Positions 14,838 to 24,180 of a DNA stretch of 32,536 nt are shown piece by piece. Position 1 is the first letter of the stretch; each line of letters opens with the position of its first letter. The DNA lies in the NCBI GenBank assembly GCA_036006905.1, contig DASYPF010000152.1, positions 1 to 32,536 on the forward strand, written 5' to 3'. The notes beneath the pieces were generated by a model. That model saw only the letters and a program-made list of their open reading frames with translations, did not search any database and was not told the origin of the DNA. A program made the position numbers and the translations under genes. Source of the DNA: Acidobacteriota bacterium (lineage in GTDB: Bacteria > Acidobacteriota > UBA6911 > JACQSX01).

Positions 14838-16883
14838 ATGCGTTTCCGACTTTTTTTTGTTTTGCTGCTTTTCTTCGTTTCTTTCTCTTCAGCCCAGACA
14901 GTCGATTTCAAGGGCCCATATGGCGGTGACGTCCGCTCCATGGCGCTCAATCCCCGCAGTCCCAACGTACTGATCATTGGAACCACTGACGGGCAGGTTT
15001 ATCGTTCCGAAGATTCCGGACGGCATTGGAGCCGCATGATCGGATTGGGGCGAGGGGCGGTAGTTGACAACCTGGTTTTTGATCCCCTCGTGCCCGACCA
15101 CATTTACGCCGGAACCTGGGACCTGAAGAGTTCCAATAGCGGCAGCCTTTTTCGCTCTGATGATAACGGCACTACCTGGCAGGGGATTCCCATCGCGCCT
15201 GGAGGTGTCAGTATTCGAGCGCTGGCCGTAGCGCCCAGCGACAGCAATATATTGGTGGTGGGGGCGCTCGACGGCGTTTATTTTTCCAGGGACGGAGGAA
15301 AAAACTGGAACCTGATTTCCACCGGAGAACGAGAACTAAAGAACGTCGAATCTGTCGCCATCGATCCGCGGAGCACCGACATCATTTATGCCGGGACCTG
15401 GCACCTGGGAGCAAAGACAGTGGATGGCGGAAAAACCTGGACTTGGGTCAAGGAAGGCATGATCGATGACAGCGACCTGTTCTGTATCTCCATTCACCCG
15501 GCCAATTTCGACACGGTTTATGTCAGCGCCTGCAGCGGGGTATACAAGTCCGTGAATGGCGGAAAGCAGTGGGTGAAGATGAAGAATGGTTTGACCACGG
15601 ATGCCCGCCGCACTCATACCGTTGTCGTCGATCCGGTCAACCACGATCGAGTCTTTGCCGGAACCACCTTGGGGTTGTATCTTTCCGAGAACGCCGGCGC
15701 TAGCTGGCGAAGGATTACTACTTCCGATCTGATAGTCAACGAAGTTGTCATCAACCCGCTCGACAGTAAGGAGGTCTATCTGGCGGCTGAAGATGCGGGA
15801 GTACTCAAGAGCACCGACGGCGGGAAGACCTTTGTTGCGTCCAACCAAGGATTCATTCATCGACAAATCTCGCAGGTAGTCGCCGACCCAGCGCAGCCCC
15901 AGCGTCTTTATGCGGCGGTGCTTTACGACGGCACCTACGGCGGACTTTTCCTGAGCGACGATGGGGGGAAGAACTGGAAACAGAGCAACAGTGGGATCAC
16001 GCACGAAGATTTGGATATCTATTCGATCCTTCCAGCCGCCAGAAGTAAGACGGTCTATCTGGGAACAGAAGGCGGAGTCTACGTGAGCCACAATCGAGGA
16101 GAGAGCTGGACTAAGCTCATCGCGTCTACGCGCCCGGTAAGCGGCGGAACATCGAGATCGCCAAAGTCCAGGGCGGCCTCGCCTCAGGCAACCTTATCGA
16201 AAGCCACCCCTTTAAAAGCAACTCGTTCAAAAGTGATTGACTCGAAAGTTTTCCGTTTGGAATTCCTCACTCCCGACGAGAGTAAAATCCTGGCGGCCAC
16301 GGTGCAGGGCGCTTACATAGGCGATGCTGCGACTGGAAAGTGGACGCCGCTGACATTGCCTGAATATAAGGGACCAGTTTATTTCATTCGAGCGGAATCA
16401 AATGGCGATTCGCTGTTTGCCGGTTCTGACAGCGGGTTGTTTATTTCGCGCGACGGCGGAAGTACCTGGAGGCTCAGCGCGCAGGGACTCCCCACAGGAA
16501 GTCCAGTTCAGGCTTTCGAAAAAATGCCCCAGGACGACGTTATGCTGGTAGGCACGCGTTACGGGCTATACCGTAGCGCGGATGATGGAGAAGCCTGGAC
16601 TAAAGTTAACCAGGGCATCCCGTCGATCGCCATCGGAGCTTTGAAAATCTCGACCGACGGACGGACGCTGTATGCAGCGAATTCCATCGAAGGAAATATC
16701 TACGCCTCTCGTGACAAAGGCGCGAGTTGGTCGGTGCTAACGCGACAGATAAACTCCAGCGTCTCCAGCATGTCGGTAAACCCAGCGGACGATTCAACGT
16801 TGCTGCTCAGTTCGGTCTCTGACGGAATTCTCGCTTTACGTCTGGCGTCGCCCTCCCCCGTACCAGCCGGCCAGCAGAATTGA
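14838..16883 (+). CDS. Secreted BNR/Asp-box repeat beta-propeller protein (sortilin/VPS10 or Ycf48-like, glycoside-hydrolase-like fold)
   Basis: The signal peptide is MRFRLFFVLLLFFVSFSSAQ. About 12 Asp-box motifs (SxDxGxxW) are present: SEDSGRHW, SDDNGTTW, SRDGGKNW, VDGGKTW, SVNGGKQW, SENAGASW, STDGGKTF, SDDGGKNW, SHNRGESW, SRDGGSTW, SADDGEAW, SRDKGASW. Two propeller halves are joined by an S/K/T-rich linker. Confidence 0.85.
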   Translation: MRFRLFFVLLLFFVSFSSAQTVDFKGPYGGDVRSMALNPRSPNVLIIGTTDGQVYRSEDSGRHWSRMIGLGRGAVVDNLVFDPLVPDHIYAGTWDLKSSNSGSLFRSDDNGTTWQGIPIAPGGVSIRALAVAPSDSNILVVGALDGVYFSRDGGKNWNLISTGERELKNVESVAIDPRSTDIIYAGTWHLGAKTVDGGKTWTWVKEGMIDDSDLFCISIHPANFDTVYVSACSGVYKSVNGGKQWVKMKNGLTTDARRTHTVVVDPVNHDRVFAGTTLGLYLSENAGASWRRITTSDLIVNEVVINPLDSKEVYLAAEDAGVLKSTDGGKTFVASNQGFIHRQISQVVADPAQPQRLYAAVLYDGTYGGLFLSDDGGKNWKQSNSGITHEDLDIYSILPAARSKTVYLGTEGGVYVSHNRGESWTKLIASTRPVSGGTSRSPKSRAASPQATLSKATPLKATRSKVIDSKVFRLEFLTPDESKILAATVQGAYIGDAATGKWTPLTLPEYKGPVYFIRAESNGDSLFAGSDSGLFISRDGGSTWRLSAQGLPTGSPVQAFEKMPQDDVMLVGTRYGLYRSADDGEAWTKVNQGIPSIAIGALKISTDGRTLYAANSIEGNIYASRDKGASWSVLTRQINSSVSSMSVNPADDSTLLLSSVSDGILALRLASPSPVPAGQQN

Positions 16884-16888
16884 TAACA

Positions 16889-17092
16889 ATTGCGGATTCG
16901 GATTGTGGATTGCGGATTTTCCCGATTTCGGATTGCGGATTTCGGATTGCGGATTTCAAAAGCGTCCGTTGTCAGTTGTCCGTCGTCCGTGGTATAGCCA
17001 CAGGGTCACCGACTGCTTACAACTGACTACGGACAACGGACAAACTCCGCAATCCGCAATTGGGACAATCCGCATTCAGAAATCCACAATCC
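16889..17092. repeat. Nested hairpin: (GCGGATT)n, (GTCCGTTGT)-type inner arm, centre, (ACAACGGAC), (AATCCGC)n
   Basis: The left arm at 16889-16957 reads attgcggattcggattgtggattgcgg...ttcggattgcggatttc. The inner arms are 16964-16990 and 17019-17042. The right arm at 17046-17092 reads tccgcaatccgcaattgggacaatccgcattcagaaatccacaatcc. Confidence 0.9.
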
Positions 17093-17103
17093 ATTTCACT
17101 GCC

Positions 17104-17589
17104 ATGATTACCGGCACACTGATTGTAACCGTGGGAATCTGCTCCCTGGTGCTGTTGGGCGTGGTGGGGCTTCTCTACGCGCGCCGAAAACGGTACCTGC
17201 AGACGGGCGGCCTTTCGGCTGTCATTCACCGCTACTACCTGAAAGGCCCGACAGCCACCGAACGCCAACGGGACCTTTTCCTGACACTTCTCTGTTATGA
17301 AGATCGCTTCCCCAGCTTTGCAGGCATATTGGAAAAAATAGCTCCGCATTTTCCTCTGACCTATTTCGCGGGCAAGCCTGAGTTCCGGCATGCACTGGAT
17401 AACTTGGTAGATCTCGCCGATCAGGGTATGGGCTCGGAAGGCGCCCAAATGGGAGAGCGGGCGGCGCTTGCCAGCATCGTGCGCATCGTAATTGAGGACA
17501 GACACGTTCATCAGCTCTATGGGAGAGAACTGGAGCCCCTGGTGGACAACTTTATTGAGGAGCTGGGGATTGGAGTTGCGGCAAGTTAA
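17104..17589 (+). CDS. Hypothetical single-pass membrane protein (161 aa)
   Basis: ATG 17104 is followed directly by a TM helix and a positive patch (MITGTLIVTVGICSLVLLGVVGLLYARRKR). Composition downstream is coding-like. The track start at 16903 lies in the repeats. No family was recognised. Confidence 0.5.
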   Translation: MITGTLIVTVGICSLVLLGVVGLLYARRKRYLQTGGLSAVIHRYYLKGPTATERQRDLFLTLLCYEDRFPSFAGILEKIAPHFPLTYFAGKPEFRHALDNLVDLADQGMGSEGAQMGERAALASIVRIVIEDRHVHQLYGRELEPLVDNFIEELGIGVAAS

Positions 17590-17824
17590 TTGCGGATTGC
17601 AGATTTTGGAATTGCGGATAGTTCCGATTGCGGATTGCGGATTTTGGATTGCGGATTTCGGTTTGCCGAATGCTGATTGACCGAGTTCGATTTCTTGGCC
17701 GTTTCATCCATCTCCCCTCTAGATGATTTGCCCGTCGACATTGGCGAGTGGTTTTCAATCCGCAATCCGAAATCAACAATCCGCCATTCTAAGATCCGCA
17801 ATCCGTAATCCCCAATCCGCAATA
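17590..17824. repeat. (GCGGATT)n ... (AATCCGC)n hairpin between convergent genes
   Basis: The left arm spans 17590-17679 and starts at the base after the TAA stop. The right arm spans 17756-17824 and ends 5 nt before the BCCP stop. The unique centre is about 76 bp. Confidence 0.9.
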
Positions 17825-17829
17825 GGACC

Positions 17830-18324
17830 TCACTTCACTTCAAACAACAACTGCCCGGTGTTGACGGGCTGGCCTTCTTTAACTGCAATTTGTGCCAGGA
17901 CCCCACGACATGGGGAACGAATCTCGTTTTGCATTTTCATCGCTTCAATGAGCAGAACTGCTGTATTTTTCTCCAAAGCGTCTCCGATCGATTTCAAAAG
18001 CTTGACCACGCGTCCAGGCATCTGCGCCTTGATTGATTGCACTCCCTTCGGCGTGTCGCTTTCGGCTGCCAGCTGGAGCCTCTGGTCCAATAATTCCATC
18101 AAATAGGTTTTGCCGGAGAGGATCACCGTGTACTGGTTCGCCTGCCGATGAACCACCGCATCCACGATTCTTCCATTCCTGCTGATGAGACAATGCGATC
18201 CGCTGAGCTTTTGAAACTCCAGGCTCACCGGCTGGCCGTCCAGTAGAATTTCAGTTTCACCTCGGCCGCCGGAAAACTCAACGATGTGGGCATCGCCATT
18301 GGCAAGTCGCGCAACCAGCTTCAC
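17830..18324 (-). CDS. Biotin carboxyl carrier protein subunit of acyl-CoA carboxylase
   Basis: The C-terminal biotinyl domain has the EAMKM motif (VLLIEAMKMQNEIRSPCRGVLAQIAVKEGQPV). The GTG start overlaps the accC stop (GTGA). Confidence 0.85.
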   Translation of the reverse strand: MKLVARLANGDAHIVEFSGGRGETEILLDGQPVSLEFQKLSGSHCLISRNGRIVDAVVHRQANQYTVILSGKTYLMELLDQRLQLAAESDTPKGVQSIKAQMPGRVVKLLKSIGDALEKNTAVLLIEAMKMQNEIRSPCRGVLAQIAVKEGQPVNTGQLLFEVK

Positions 18325-19796
18325 TGCTCATTCTCCCAGAAGGCATAGCGCCAGCGGCTTGCCGGCTTCTCGAACCGGCGTCCTTCCGAACGCCGGTACA
18401 TCAGTGCTGCGGCGATTAACGCATCGTCCCACCGATCCTCTTGCGCGGCACGCGGCCGTGCCAGGATCTCAGCCACCAGGCCCGTATGCAAATTGCCCGC
18501 GACTATTTCTCGGTGAGTCAACAGAGTTTGGAATACAGGAATTGAGGTCCGAATCCCGGTAATGCGATATTCGGCCAGCGCACGCAGCGAGCGCGCCAGC
18601 GCTTCCTGTCGCGTCCGGTCCCAGACAATCAGTTTGGAGATGATTGGATCGTAGTAGATGGGAATATTGGCTCCCGGGTAAACGCCCGTATCCACGCGTA
18701 CGCCGGGCCCGGCGGGTTCTTCCAGCGCGTCAATGCGGCCCGGCGATGGAGCAAAATTATTCTCCGGGTCTTCGGCATAAATGCGGCACTCGATGGCATG
18801 GCCATGCAATTGGATCTGGTCCTGCCGGTGCGTCAACTTTTCGCCCGCCGCTACGCGAATCTGCAGATGTACCAGATCCTGTCCGGTTACCATCTCCGTG
18901 GCAGGATGTTCCACCTGCAGGCGGGTATTCATTTCAAGGAAATAGAAATTACGGTTAATGTCGACCAAAAACTCTACCGTACCCGCGTTTTGGTATCCCG
19001 CCTCGGCAGCCACTCGGGCGGCGGCTTCTCCCATTTTCTCGCGGAGTGCCGCATCGACGACAGGGGAAGGAGATTCTTCCACGATCTTCTGATGCCGGCG
19101 CTGCAGCGAACATTCTCGTTCGGGGAAATACAGCACATTGCCGTAATGGTCGGCCAGCACCTGGATTTCGATGTGTCGTGGATGATGAAGGCACTTTTCC
19201 AGAAATACCGTCGGGTCTTTGAAGGAGGCGACCGCTTCCGTTTGAGTGATTGACCAGGATTGTTCCAAGTCGGTTTCCGATTGAATCAATCGAAGGCCTT
19301 TGCCGCCGCCGCCAGCCGAAGCTTTCAGCATCACGGGATATCCGATTTGCGCAGCGAGCCTGCGGGCCGTAACCAAGTCGCCCACAGCACCGTCCGAGCC
19401 GGGCAGCGTCGCTACCCGGACGCGGCGCGCCGTTTGCAGCGCTGATATTTTGTCTCCCAGTACTCGCATTGCCTCCGGCGGAGGCCCGATAAAAATAACG
19501 CCGGACGCACGGCACTGTTCCGCAAATTCGGCATTTTCAGCCAAGAATCCGTAGCCTGGATGAATTGCCTCGGCTCCGCACTTCCTTGCTACTTCCAGAA
19601 CCCGATCGCCGCGCAGATAACTTTCCACTGCCGGAGCCGGCCCAATGGGATACGCCTCGTCTGCCTTTCGCACGTGAAGCGCCGCCCGATCCGCCTCCGA
19701 ATACACCGCCACGCCGGTGATTCCCAATTCGCGGCAAGCGCGCAGCACGCGGACTGCGATTTCTCCACGATTGGCCACCAGGATCTTCTTGAACAT
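18321..19796 (-). CDS. accC: Biotin carboxylase subunit (acetyl/propionyl-CoA carboxylase)
   Basis: MFKKILVANRGEIAVRVLRACRELGI, the ATP-grasp region (GYPVMLKASAGGGGKGLR) and VEFLVD...FYFLEMNTRLQVEHP are all characteristic of biotin carboxylases. Confidence 0.95.
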   Translation of the reverse strand: MFKKILVANRGEIAVRVLRACRELGITGVAVYSEADRAALHVRKADEAYPIGPAPAVESYLRGDRVLEVARKCGAEAIHPGYGFLAENAEFAEQCRASGVIFIGPPPEAMRVLGDKISALQTARRVRVATLPGSDGAVGDLVTARRLAAQIGYPVMLKASAGGGGKGLRLIQSETDLEQSWSITQTEAVASFKDPTVFLEKCLHHPRHIEIQVLADHYGNVLYFPERECSLQRRHQKIVEESPSPVVDAALREKMGEAAARVAAEAGYQNAGTVEFLVDINRNFYFLEMNTRLQVEHPATEMVTGQDLVHLQIRVAAGEKLTHRQDQIQLHGHAIECRIYAEDPENNFAPSPGRIDALEEPAGPGVRVDTGVYPGANIPIYYDPIISKLIVWDRTRQEALARSLRALAEYRITGIRTSIPVFQTLLTHREIVAGNLHTGLVAEILARPRAAQEDRWDDALIAAALMYRRSEGRRFEKPASRWRYAFWENEQ

Positions 19797-19807
19797 GGAC
19801 TTATTCT

Positions 19808-20097
19808 AATTGCGGATTTCAGATTTCGGATTGCGGATTGTTTTGATTTCGGATTGTGGATTTCGGATTGCGGATTGCAGCATCCGTGGTGAGTTGTCCG
19901 TTGTTGGTGAAGGCAGCATGAGTTCGGCCTGCTTCCACTCTTGCCCAACTGCATCCACTCATTTTCATAAAATCGGCAATGAAACTAAGCTTTTTCCAGC
20001 AACGGACAACTGACAACGGACGCCCAAAATCCGCAATCCGCAATCTGCAATCCGAAATTGAAACAATCCGCAATCCGAAATCCGCAATCCGCAATTG
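19808..20097. repeat. Nested (GCGGATT)n/(AATCCGC)n hairpin lying between pccB and accC on the same strand
   Basis: The left arm spans 19808-19880 and the right arm 20027-20097. The inner arms are gttgtccgttgttgg (near 19893) and caacggacaactgacaacggac (20000-20021). The 20-mer ggacaactgacaacggacgc at 20004-20023 is the exact reverse complement of 16962-16981. Confidence 0.9.
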
Positions 20098-20098
20098 A

Positions 20099-21649
20099 TT
20101 ACAGCGGTATATTGCCGTGTTTGCGGGGCGGATTCTTGTCGCGCTTGTTGGCGGCCATTTCCAGGGCCCGAATTAATTTGAGGCGTGTTTGACGTGGATG
20201 GATCACCTCATCGATGTAGCCGCGCTCGCTGGCAATGTAAGGTGACGCAAATTTGTCGCGGAACTCTTCGATTTTCTGCCGGCGGAAATCTTCCGGATTC
20301 GAAGCGCGCTCCAGTTCGGAGCGATACAGGATATTGACGGCGCCTTCCGGTCCCATCACAGCAATTTCGGCGGTAGGATAGGCATAATTCATGTCAGTGC
20401 GAATATGCTTCGAGGCCATCACACAATAGGCTCCCCCGTACGCCTTGCGCGCAATGACTGTGATCTTAGGGACGGTGGCCTCTGCAAAAGCGTAAAGCAG
20501 CTTGGCGCCGTGCTTAATGATCCCTCCGTATTCCTGATTCACACCGGGCAGAAATCCGGGCACGTCTTCAAACACTATTAGCGGAATGTTGAATGCATCG
20601 CAGAAACGGACAAATCTGGCGGCCTTTACCGAGGCCCCGATGTCCAGTGTGCCCGCCAGCACCGACGGCTGATTGGCGACAATACCGACGGACCGTCCGT
20701 TCAAACGCGCAAAACCCACAATCATGTTTTGCGCGTATGCTTCTTGTACCTCAAGGAATCGATGGTCGTCGACTACGGCCCTCAGCAGTTGCTTCATGTC
20801 GTAGGGAAGATTGGGATCGACAGGAATCAATTGGTCCAACTCGGGATTCTCGCGCTCCGCCGAGTCGGAATTTTCGTAACAGGGTGGATCCTCCATGTTG
20901 TTGAGGGGAAGATAGGAAAAAAGTTCACGGATCATGGCAAGACAACTGCGATCGTCCGACGCCGCAAAATGAGCAACTCCGCTTAGTTCGTTGTGCGTCG
21001 AAGCTCCGCCCAGCTCCTCCTTGGTGACGTTTTCATGCGTGACCGCCTTGATCACATCCGGGCCAGTGATAAACATGTAGCTGGTCTTTTCCACCATGAA
21101 GATGAAATCGGTGATCGCGGGGCTGTAGACCGCTCCTCCCGCACATGGCCCCATGATGGCCGAGATCTGCGGCACCACTCCCGAGGCAAGCGTGTTGCGC
21201 AGAAAAATATCCGCATAACCGCCTAAGCTGATTACTCCTTCTTGAATCCGCGCCCCCCCGGAATCATTGAGACCGACGACAGGGCCGCCCATCTTGATGG
21301 CCAGATCCATAATCTTGCAGATTTTTTGGGCGTAGGTCTCGCTCAGGCTGCCACCGAAGACTGTGAAGTCCTGGGCAAACGCAAAAACCAGGCGGCCATC
21401 AATCTTTCCATATCCGGTAACGACTCCGTCGCCAGGGATCTTCTGATTCTCCATGCCGAAGTCACTGCAGCGGTGGATGACAAACTTGTCCACTTCATTG
21501 AAGCTCCCTTCATCGAACAGGAAGTCGATTCGCTCGCGCGCCGTCATCTTGCCGGCGCTATGCTGGCGCTGCAGACGCGCCTCGCCGCCTCCCAGTTCCG
21601 CAGCGCGATTGCGCTTCTCTAACTCTTCGAGCTTGCTTTTCAGGTCCAT
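20099..21649 (-). CDS. pccB: Acyl-CoA carboxylase carboxyltransferase subunit (propionyl-CoA carboxylase beta / methylmalonyl-CoA carboxyltransferase family)
   Basis: 516 aa from ATG 21649 ([14 protein letters not shown]...[22 protein letters not shown]). The family hallmarks DFTVFGGSL and AYGGAY are present. The track start at 21688 extends into the repeat. Confidence 0.95.
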   Translation of the reverse strand: MDLKSKLEELEKRNRAAELGGGEARLQRQHSAGKMTARERIDFLFDEGSFNEVDKFVIHRCSDFGMENQKIPGDGVVTGYGKIDGRLVFAFAQDFTVFGGSLSETYAQKICKIMDLAIKMGGPVVGLNDSGGARIQEGVISLGGYADIFLRNTLASGVVPQISAIMGPCAGGAVYSPAITDFIFMVEKTSYMFITGPDVIKAVTHENVTKEELGGASTHNELSGVAHFAASDDRSCLAMIRELFSYLPLNNMEDPPCYENSDSAERENPELDQLIPVDPNLPYDMKQLLRAVVDDHRFLEVQEAYAQNMIVGFARLNGRSVGIVANQPSVLAGTLDIGASVKAARFVRFCDAFNIPLIVFEDVPGFLPGVNQEYGGIIKHGAKLLYAFAEATVPKITVIARKAYGGAYCVMASKHIRTDMNYAYPTAEIAVMGPEGAVNILYRSELERASNPEDFRRQKIEEFRDKFASPYIASERGYIDEVIHPRQTRLKLIRALEMAANKRDKNPPRKHGNIPL

Positions 21650-21651
21650 GG

Positions 21652-21970
21652 TTCGATTGCGGATTGTCTTGATTGCGGATTGTCTCAATTGCGGATTGTC
21701 TCAATTGCGGATTGCGGATTGCGGATTGCCGGATTTCGGATTGAATCCATTGCGGATTGCGGATTGCGGATTGGTAACCACGAAGGCACCAAGTCACAAA
21801 CCGTACCTTTCCTGGTGTCATTGTGCCTTCGTAGTGCACTTATAACGAAACTGTCTAAGAAACTCTCTATGGAGTCAATCCGCAATTCGAAATCCGCAAT
21901 CCGCAATGGAGCCAATCCGCAATCCGAAATCCGCAATTGAGACAATCCGCAATTGAAACAATCCACAATC
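21652..21970. repeat. (GCGGATT)n/(AATCCGC)n hairpin with a unique centre that contains its own small hairpin
   Basis: The left arm at 21652-21773 includes attgcggattgtctcaattgcggattgtctcaattgcggattgcggattgcgg. The centre hairpin is acgaaggcac...gtgccttcgt. The right arm spans 21875-21970. The element begins 2 nt from the pccB ATG. Confidence 0.9.
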
Positions 21971-21985
21971 GGTGTGTAGCGAATC

Positions 21986-22660
21986 CTACACCTTGACGGT
22001 CGGCAACTCGCGTAATTCTTTCGGCAGCTTCTCCCAATCGGCCAGAAACTTTTTCAGACCGGCGTCGGTGAGCGGGTGGTGAATCATCTGCTCCATGACC
22101 TTAAAGGGCAGGGTCGCCACTCCGGCACCCAGGCGGGCCGCTTCCACAATATGCAGAGGACTGCGGCAGGAAGCGACCAGCACTTGAGTACCGAAATCAT
22201 AATTGGCGAAAATATCAATGATCTGACCGACTAATTCCATTCCCTCATGGGCAATGTCATCCAGTCGCCCTACAAACGGGCTGACATAAGTCGCGCCGAC
22301 TTTGGCTGCCATCAATGCCTGAACGGGAGAGAAGATCAGAGTGACGTTCACTGGGATTCCTTTTTCAGACAGCGCCTTGATGGCAGCCATTCCAGTCTTG
22401 ATGAAAGGGATCTTGACAGTCACATTGGAATGTATCTTCGATAACTCTTCGCCTTCATGGATCATTCCCTCGGTGTCGGTCGCAGTAACTTCGGCGCTGA
22501 CCGGTCCGTCCACCATCTTGCTGATCTCTTCGATCAGTCTGTAAAAATTCTTCCCTTCTTTCTCCACCAGTGACGGGTTGGTAGTGATCCCATCCAGAAT
22601 TCCCCAGGAATTTGCTTCGCGAATCTCGTTCAAGTTTGCTGTGTCTAGAAAGAATTTCAT
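21986..22660 (-). CDS. tal: Transaldolase type 3B / fructose-6-phosphate aldolase family
   Basis: [31 protein letters not shown] and the Schiff-base lysine context NVTVKIP are present. GGAGG precedes ATG 22660. Confidence 0.9.
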   Translation of the reverse strand: MKFFLDTANLNEIREANSWGILDGITTNPSLVEKEGKNFYRLIEEISKMVDGPVSAEVTATDTEGMIHEGEELSKIHSNVTVKIPFIKTGMAAIKALSEKGIPVNVTLIFSPVQALMAAKVGATYVSPFVGRLDDIAHEGMELVGQIIDIFANYDFGTQVLVASCRSPLHIVEAARLGAGVATLPFKVMEQMIHHPLTDAGLKKFLADWEKLPKELRELPTVKV

Positions 22661-22756
22661 ATTGCCTCCTGTGAAGTCATATCTGTTTCTGGGCTGCTTG
22701 CTTCTCATTCGTCATTCGAACTTCGTCACTTGTACTTAAACTCTCGGCCGTCGGAT

Positions 22757-23821
22757 CTACTGAAAATCTACCCGCATAGTTTCCGAAGGGGCGCTCTCGT
22801 TTCCCTTAAGATCAACGGCGGTCACGCGGTAGTAATAAGTGCCTTTGGCCGGTGGCACATCCGGGAAACTGTTTACTACCACCAGCATTCCGGTTATTTT
22901 CTGAAAGGCGCTTTCGCTTGCGCCTCTATAGACATTGTACCCCTGTAAGTCCATTTCGGAGTTAGGTTCCCACGCCAATTCGATTCGTCCGCCAGAAACG
23001 ACGGCCCCCAGGCCTTTTGGGGTCGACGGGGGAAATACATCTGTGGTGGTCACCGAAACTGTGGCGGACATGGGTCCAAAGGCGGGCGGGGCTTGCGCGG
23101 AGCGGGTCTGGACAGCGTAAAAGTAGGTCTGATCAGGAACTGCCGCAGCATCCCGGTACTGGCGCACGTCTCCCTCGATGTCGCTGATCTTTTCCAGGGT
23201 CGTTTGGGTGCTTCCTCGGAATACGCGGTAGCCGATGACGCGCGGCGGCACCGAGCCATCCAGGTTCCGCTGCGGGGCTGCCCAACGCAGGATCACCGCC
23301 TGCTCGGTGACCTCGGGAGGTCGCAGTGCCGGAGCCAAGGCCGGTGCAATGGGAGAGATAAAAACGATATTTGACAATTGTGAAGCAACCTTACGCGGGC
23401 TGTAGAACCGCACAGCATAGAAGAAACTGCGTTGGAAAAGGAGCATTGGGTCCTGAAACGCCACGACATCTTCATACCGATAACGGTTGTCTTTCAAAAT
23501 CTTCTTCAGATCGTCAGGCCACAATTTGGCGATGATTTGACCGCCCTGTTCGAGCCGACCGGAGGCGGCCGGAGGCGGCTGGTCGGATCGAGGAAGAGCC
23601 AGGCGGTAAATGGCAACCGTTCCCAATTGCAGTGGCTTACCATCAGCATAGGTTGCGGGAAGTGAGAAATCCAAAAGGATGTGGTTTTCTTGCTGTTCCA
23701 GGCGCAAATCGCCGATGGTGGACGGCGGGATCAAGTAGGGAGGCTGAGGATCGGCAATTTTGGCGCAAGACAAAACTGTGATCGCGCAAATCAGGAGTAA
23801 CGGTCGCAGGTCGCAAGTCAT
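22757..23821 (-). CDS. Lipoprotein with fibronectin type III-like domains
   Basis: The lipobox is MTCDLRPLLLICAITVLSC. The Fn3-like repeats include RPPEVTEQAVILRWAAP...VIGYRVFRG and GRIELAWEPNSEMDLQGYNVYRG...YYYRVTAVDLKGNES. The first ~6 codons are encoded by GTCGCAG-type heptamers. Confidence 0.7.
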   Translation of the reverse strand: MTCDLRPLLLICAITVLSCAKIADPQPPYLIPPSTIGDLRLEQQENHILLDFSLPATYADGKPLQLGTVAIYRLALPRSDQPPPAASGRLEQGGQIIAKLWPDDLKKILKDNRYRYEDVVAFQDPMLLFQRSFFYAVRFYSPRKVASQLSNIVFISPIAPALAPALRPPEVTEQAVILRWAAPQRNLDGSVPPRVIGYRVFRGSTQTTLEKISDIEGDVRQYRDAAAVPDQTYFYAVQTRSAQAPPAFGPMSATVSVTTTDVFPPSTPKGLGAVVSGGRIELAWEPNSEMDLQGYNVYRGASESAFQKITGMLVVVNSFPDVPPAKGTYYYRVTAVDLKGNESAPSETMRVDFQ

Positions 23822-24178
23822 CAGTCATCAGTCATCGGTCATCAGTCATCAGTCATCGGTCATCGGTCATCAGTCATCGGTTATCGGTCATCGGTCATCG
23901 GTCATCGGTCATCGGTTATCGGTCATCGGTTATCGGTCATCGGTTATCGGTCATCGGTCATCGGTCATCGGTCATCGGTCATCGGTCAATGACCCATCAG
24001 TGACACACCTACAAATTTTCAGGTCCACAGGCATCAGGTCTAGCTTGGCTAGAAGTCATAAGTCGGTAGTATCTGGCTGGCTGACCTGTTGACGCGCCGA
24101 CGTGTGATTGATGATCGCTGACCGATGCCGGGTACCGAATGACTGTTGACCGATGACCGATGACTGATGACCGATGAC
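23817..24178. repeat. (TCATCGG/TCATCAG)~26 array, ~110-bp centre, degenerate (CCGATGA/CTGATGA)~10 array
   Basis: The left arm spans 23817-23998 and is 182 bp of almost uninterrupted heptamers. The right arm spans 24108-24178 and ends ...gaccgatgaccgatgactgatgaccgatgac. The element lies between hslU and the Fn3 lipoprotein gene on the same strand. Confidence 0.92.
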
Positions 24179-24180
24179 TT

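Noticed and set aside
14138-14986. ORFs 14138-14365, 14342-14539, 14412-14603, 14506-14709 and 14600-14986
   Set aside because: All lie within the stacked palindromic elements. Mirror-image ORFs on both strands are expected from inverted repeats, and none has an RBS or a family resemblance.
16141-16260. Possible degenerate repeat relic in the BNR protein linker (SRSPKSRAASPQATLSKATPLKATRSKVIDSKV)
   Set aside because: I could not demonstrate a convincing heptamer period or inverted arms at the DNA level. It is more simply an ordinary low-complexity inter-domain linker.
16903-17103. N-terminal 67 codons of ORF 16903-17589 (MWIADFPDFGLRISDCGFQ...)
   Set aside because: They are encoded by the GCGGATT arrays and the inner hairpin. 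The real gene most plausibly starts at ATG 17104, directly before the TM helix.
17492-18106. ORFs 17492-17680 (+), 17552-17779 (-), 17586-17822 (-) and 17723-18106 (+)
   Set aside because: These are translations of GCGGATT/AATCCGC arrays (IADCGFWIADFG, SAIRNPQSAIRN), or are antisense to the BCCP gene.
19560-20094. ORFs 19560-19892 (+), 19589-19954 (-), 19810-20013 (+) and 19819-20094 (-)
   Set aside because: They are repeat-derived periodic peptides within the pccB-accC gap, or antisense to accC.
21453-21966. ORFs 21453-21845 (+), 21558-21839 (-), 21680-21940 (+), 21685-21966 (-) and the 13-codon extension of pccB to 21688
   Set aside because: They are repeat-derived. pccB family alignment begins at [12 protein letters not shown] (ATG 21649).
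23760-24092. ORF 23760-24092 (+) (SSVISHQSSVIGHQSSVIGH...)
   Set aside because: It is a direct translation of the TCATCGG/TCATCAG array, which contains no stop codon in any frame on this strand.
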